From IMG/VR virus record IMGVR_UViG_2541047170_000006: 12,874 nt of DNA; one strand, written 5' to 3'. Below the pieces are notes generated by a model that was not told the DNA's origin, searched no databases, and saw only the letters and a program-made list of their open reading frames with translations. Positions within the stretch are counted from its first letter, which is position 1. Every line of letters begins with the position of its first letter. Position numbers and translations under genes: made by a program. Below, in pieces: positions 10,864 through 12,874 of this stretch. The stretch is from a virus (Duplodnaviria; Heunggongvirae; Uroviricota; Caudoviricetes).

Positions 10864-12874
10864 ACCGGTAGGCGATCTGGTCGTTGATTTAAGTCTGGAT
10901 GCGGCCAGATTTGACGAGCAGATGGCCAGAGTCAGGCGTCATTTTTCCGGTACGGAAAGTGATGCGAAAAAAACAGCGGCAGTCGTTGAACAGTCGATGA
11001 GCCGGCAGGCGCTGGCTGCACAGAAAGCGGGAATTTCCGTCGGGCAGTATAAAGCCGCCATGCGTATGCTGCCTGCGCAGTTCACTGACGTGGCCACGCA
11101 GCTTGCAGGTGGGCAAAGTCCGTGGCTGATCCTGCTGCAACAGGGGGGGCAGGTGAAGGACTCCTTCGGCGGGATGATCCCCATGTTCAGGGGGCTTGCC
11201 GGTGCGATCACCCTGCCGATGGTGGGGGCCACCTCGCTGGCGGTGGCGACCGGTGCGCTGGCGTATGCCTGGTATCAGGGCAACTCAACCCTGTCCGATT
11301 TCAACAAAACGCTGGTCCTTTCCGGCAATCAGGCCGGGCTGACGGCAGATCGTATGCTGGTCCTGTCCAGAGCCGGGCAGGCGGCAGGGCTGACGTTTAA
11401 CCAGACCAGCGAGTCACTCAGCGCACTGGTTAAGGCGGGGGTAAGCGGTGAGGCTCAGATTGCGTCCATCAGCCAGAGTGTGGCGCGTTTCTCCTCTGCA
11501 TCAGGCGTGGAGGTGGACAAGGTCGCTGAAGCCTTCGGGAAGCTGACCACTGACCCGACGTCGGGGCTGACAGCGATGGCGCGCCAGTTCCATAACGTGA
11601 CGGCGGAGCAGATTGCGTATGTTGCTCAGTTGCAGCGTTCCGGCGAAGAAGCCGGGGCATTGCAGGCGGCGAACGAGGCCGCGACGAAAGGGTTTGATGA
11701 CCAGACCCGCCGCCTGAAAGAGAACATGGGCACGCTGGAAACCTGGGCAGACAGGACAGCACGGGCATTCAAATCCATGTGGGATGCGGTGCTGGATATT
11801 GGTCGTCCTGATACCGCGCAGGAGATGCTGATTAAGGCAGAGGCCGCGTTTAAGAAAGCGGACGATATCTGGAATCTGCGCAAGGATGATTATTTTGTTA
11901 ACGATGAAGCGCGGGCGCGTTACTGGGATGATCGTGAAAAGGCCCGTCTTGCGCTTGAAGCCGCCCGAAAGAAGGCTGAGCAGCAGAGTCAACAGGACAA
12001 AAATGCGCAGCAACAGAGCGATACCGAAGCGTCACGGCTGAAATATACCGAAGAGGCGCAGAAGGCTTACGAACGCCTGCAGACGCCGCTGGAGAAATAT
12101 ACCGCCCGTCAGGAAGAACTGAATAAGGCCCTGAAAGACGGGAAAATCCTGCGGGCGGATTACAACACGCTGATGGCGGCGGCGAAAAAGGATTATGAAT
12201 CGACGCTGAAAAAGCCGAAGTCGTCAGGAGTCAAAGTGTCAGCCGGTGAGCGTCAGGAAGACCAGGCGCATGCTGCCCTGCTGGCGCTTGAAACCGAGCT
12301 CAGGACGCTGGAAAAACACAGCGGTGCGAATGAGAAAATCAGCCAGCAGCGTCGCGATTTATGGAAAGCGGAAAATCAGTATGCGGTCCTGAAAGAGGCT
12401 GCCACGAAACGGCAGTTATCTGAGCAGGAAAAATTCCTGCTGGCGCATAAAGACGAGACGCTGGAGTACAAACGCCAGCTGGCTGAGCTGGGAGACAAAG
12501 TTGAACACCAGAAACGCCTGAATGAGCTGGCACAGCAGGCGGTGCGGTTTGAAGAGCAGCAGAGCGCGAAGCAGGCCGCCATCAGCGCAAAAGCCCGCGG
12601 TCTCACTGACCGTCAGGCGCAGCGGGAGTCTGAAGCGCAGCGTCTTCGGGACGTGTACGGTGATAATCCGGCTGCGCTGGCGAAGGCCACATCGGCACTG
12701 AAGAACACCTGGTCTGCGGAGGAGCAGCTTCGTGGAAGCTGGATGGCCGGGCTGAAGTCCGGCTGGGGCGAGTGGGCGGAAAGTGCGACGGACAGTTTTT
12801 CGCAGGTTAAAAGTGCTGCCACGCAGACCTTTGACGGTATTGCACAGAATATGGCGGCGATGCTGACCGGTGCA
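10856..12874 (+). CDS. H: Tail tape-measure protein (gpH-like), 3'-truncated by the window end
   Basis: ATG 10856 preceded by GGAGGAG (10842-10848) and overlapping the T stop by 8 nt. Open for 673 codons to the window edge (MAEPVGDLVVDLSLDAARFDEQMARVRRHFSGTESDAKK…), matching lambda gpH as recalled. The lambda protein is 853 aa, so about 180 codons lie beyond the window. Absent from the ORF track only because no stop is reached. Confidence 0.93.
   Translation, partial: MAEPVGDLVVDLSLDAARFDEQMARVRRHFSGTESDAKKTAAVVEQSMSRQALAAQKAGISVGQYKAAMRMLPAQFTDVATQLAGGQSPWLILLQQGGQVKDSFGGMIPMFRGLAGAITLPMVGATSLAVATGALAYAWYQGNSTLSDFNKTLVLSGNQAGLTADRMLVLSRAGQAAGLTFNQTSESLSALVKAGVSGEAQIASISQSVARFSSASGVEVDKVAEAFGKLTTDPTSGLTAMARQFHNVTAEQIAYVAQLQRSGEEAGALQAANEAATKGFDDQTRRLKENMGTLETWADRTARAFKSMWDAVLDIGRPDTAQEMLIKAEAAFKKADDIWNLRKDDYFVNDEARARYWDDREKARLALEAARKKAEQQSQQDKNAQQQSDTEASRLKYTEEAQKAYERLQTPLEKYTARQEELNKALKDGKILRADYNTLMAAAKKDYESTLKKPKSSGVKVSAGERQEDQAHAALLALETELRTLEKHSGANEKISQQRRDLWKAENQYAVLKEAATKRQLSEQEKFLLAHKDETLEYKRQLAELGDKVEHQKRLNELAQQAVRFEEQQSAKQAAISAKARGLTDRQAQRESEAQRLRDVYGDNPAALAKATSALKNTWSAEEQLRGSWMAGLKSGWGEWAESATDSFSQVKSAATQTFDGIAQNMAAMLTGA

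Overview
This 12.9-kb window is the cos site plus the complete head and proximal tail morphogenesis module of a lambda-like (lambdoid siphovirus) genome, all on the + strand. In order: cosQ/cosN/cosB, terminase small (Nu1) and large (A) subunits, W, portal B, prohead protease C with nested scaffold Nu3, decoration D, major capsid E, FI, FII, Z, U, major tail V, tail chaperones G and G-T (programmed -1 frameshift), and the first 673 codons of tape-measure H, which runs off the 3' end. Gene order, lengths and overlaps match phage lambda as I recall it (constant +314 nt offset from Nu1 to H) and the proteins look near-identical, so I do not see a novel or undescribed system here. These assignments rest on my recollection of lambda, not on a database search. 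The one clearly non-lambda segment is about 363-720, where the cosB repeats and the N-terminal DNA-binding domain of Nu1 are replaced by a divergent cassette, implying a different packaging specificity. Because cos is internal and uncut, the sequence comes from a prophage or a circular/concatemeric form rather than virion ends. No tRNA, rRNA, CRISPR array, IS element or integrase is visible, and the minus-strand ORFs in the track all lie antisense to these genes and are treated as spurious.
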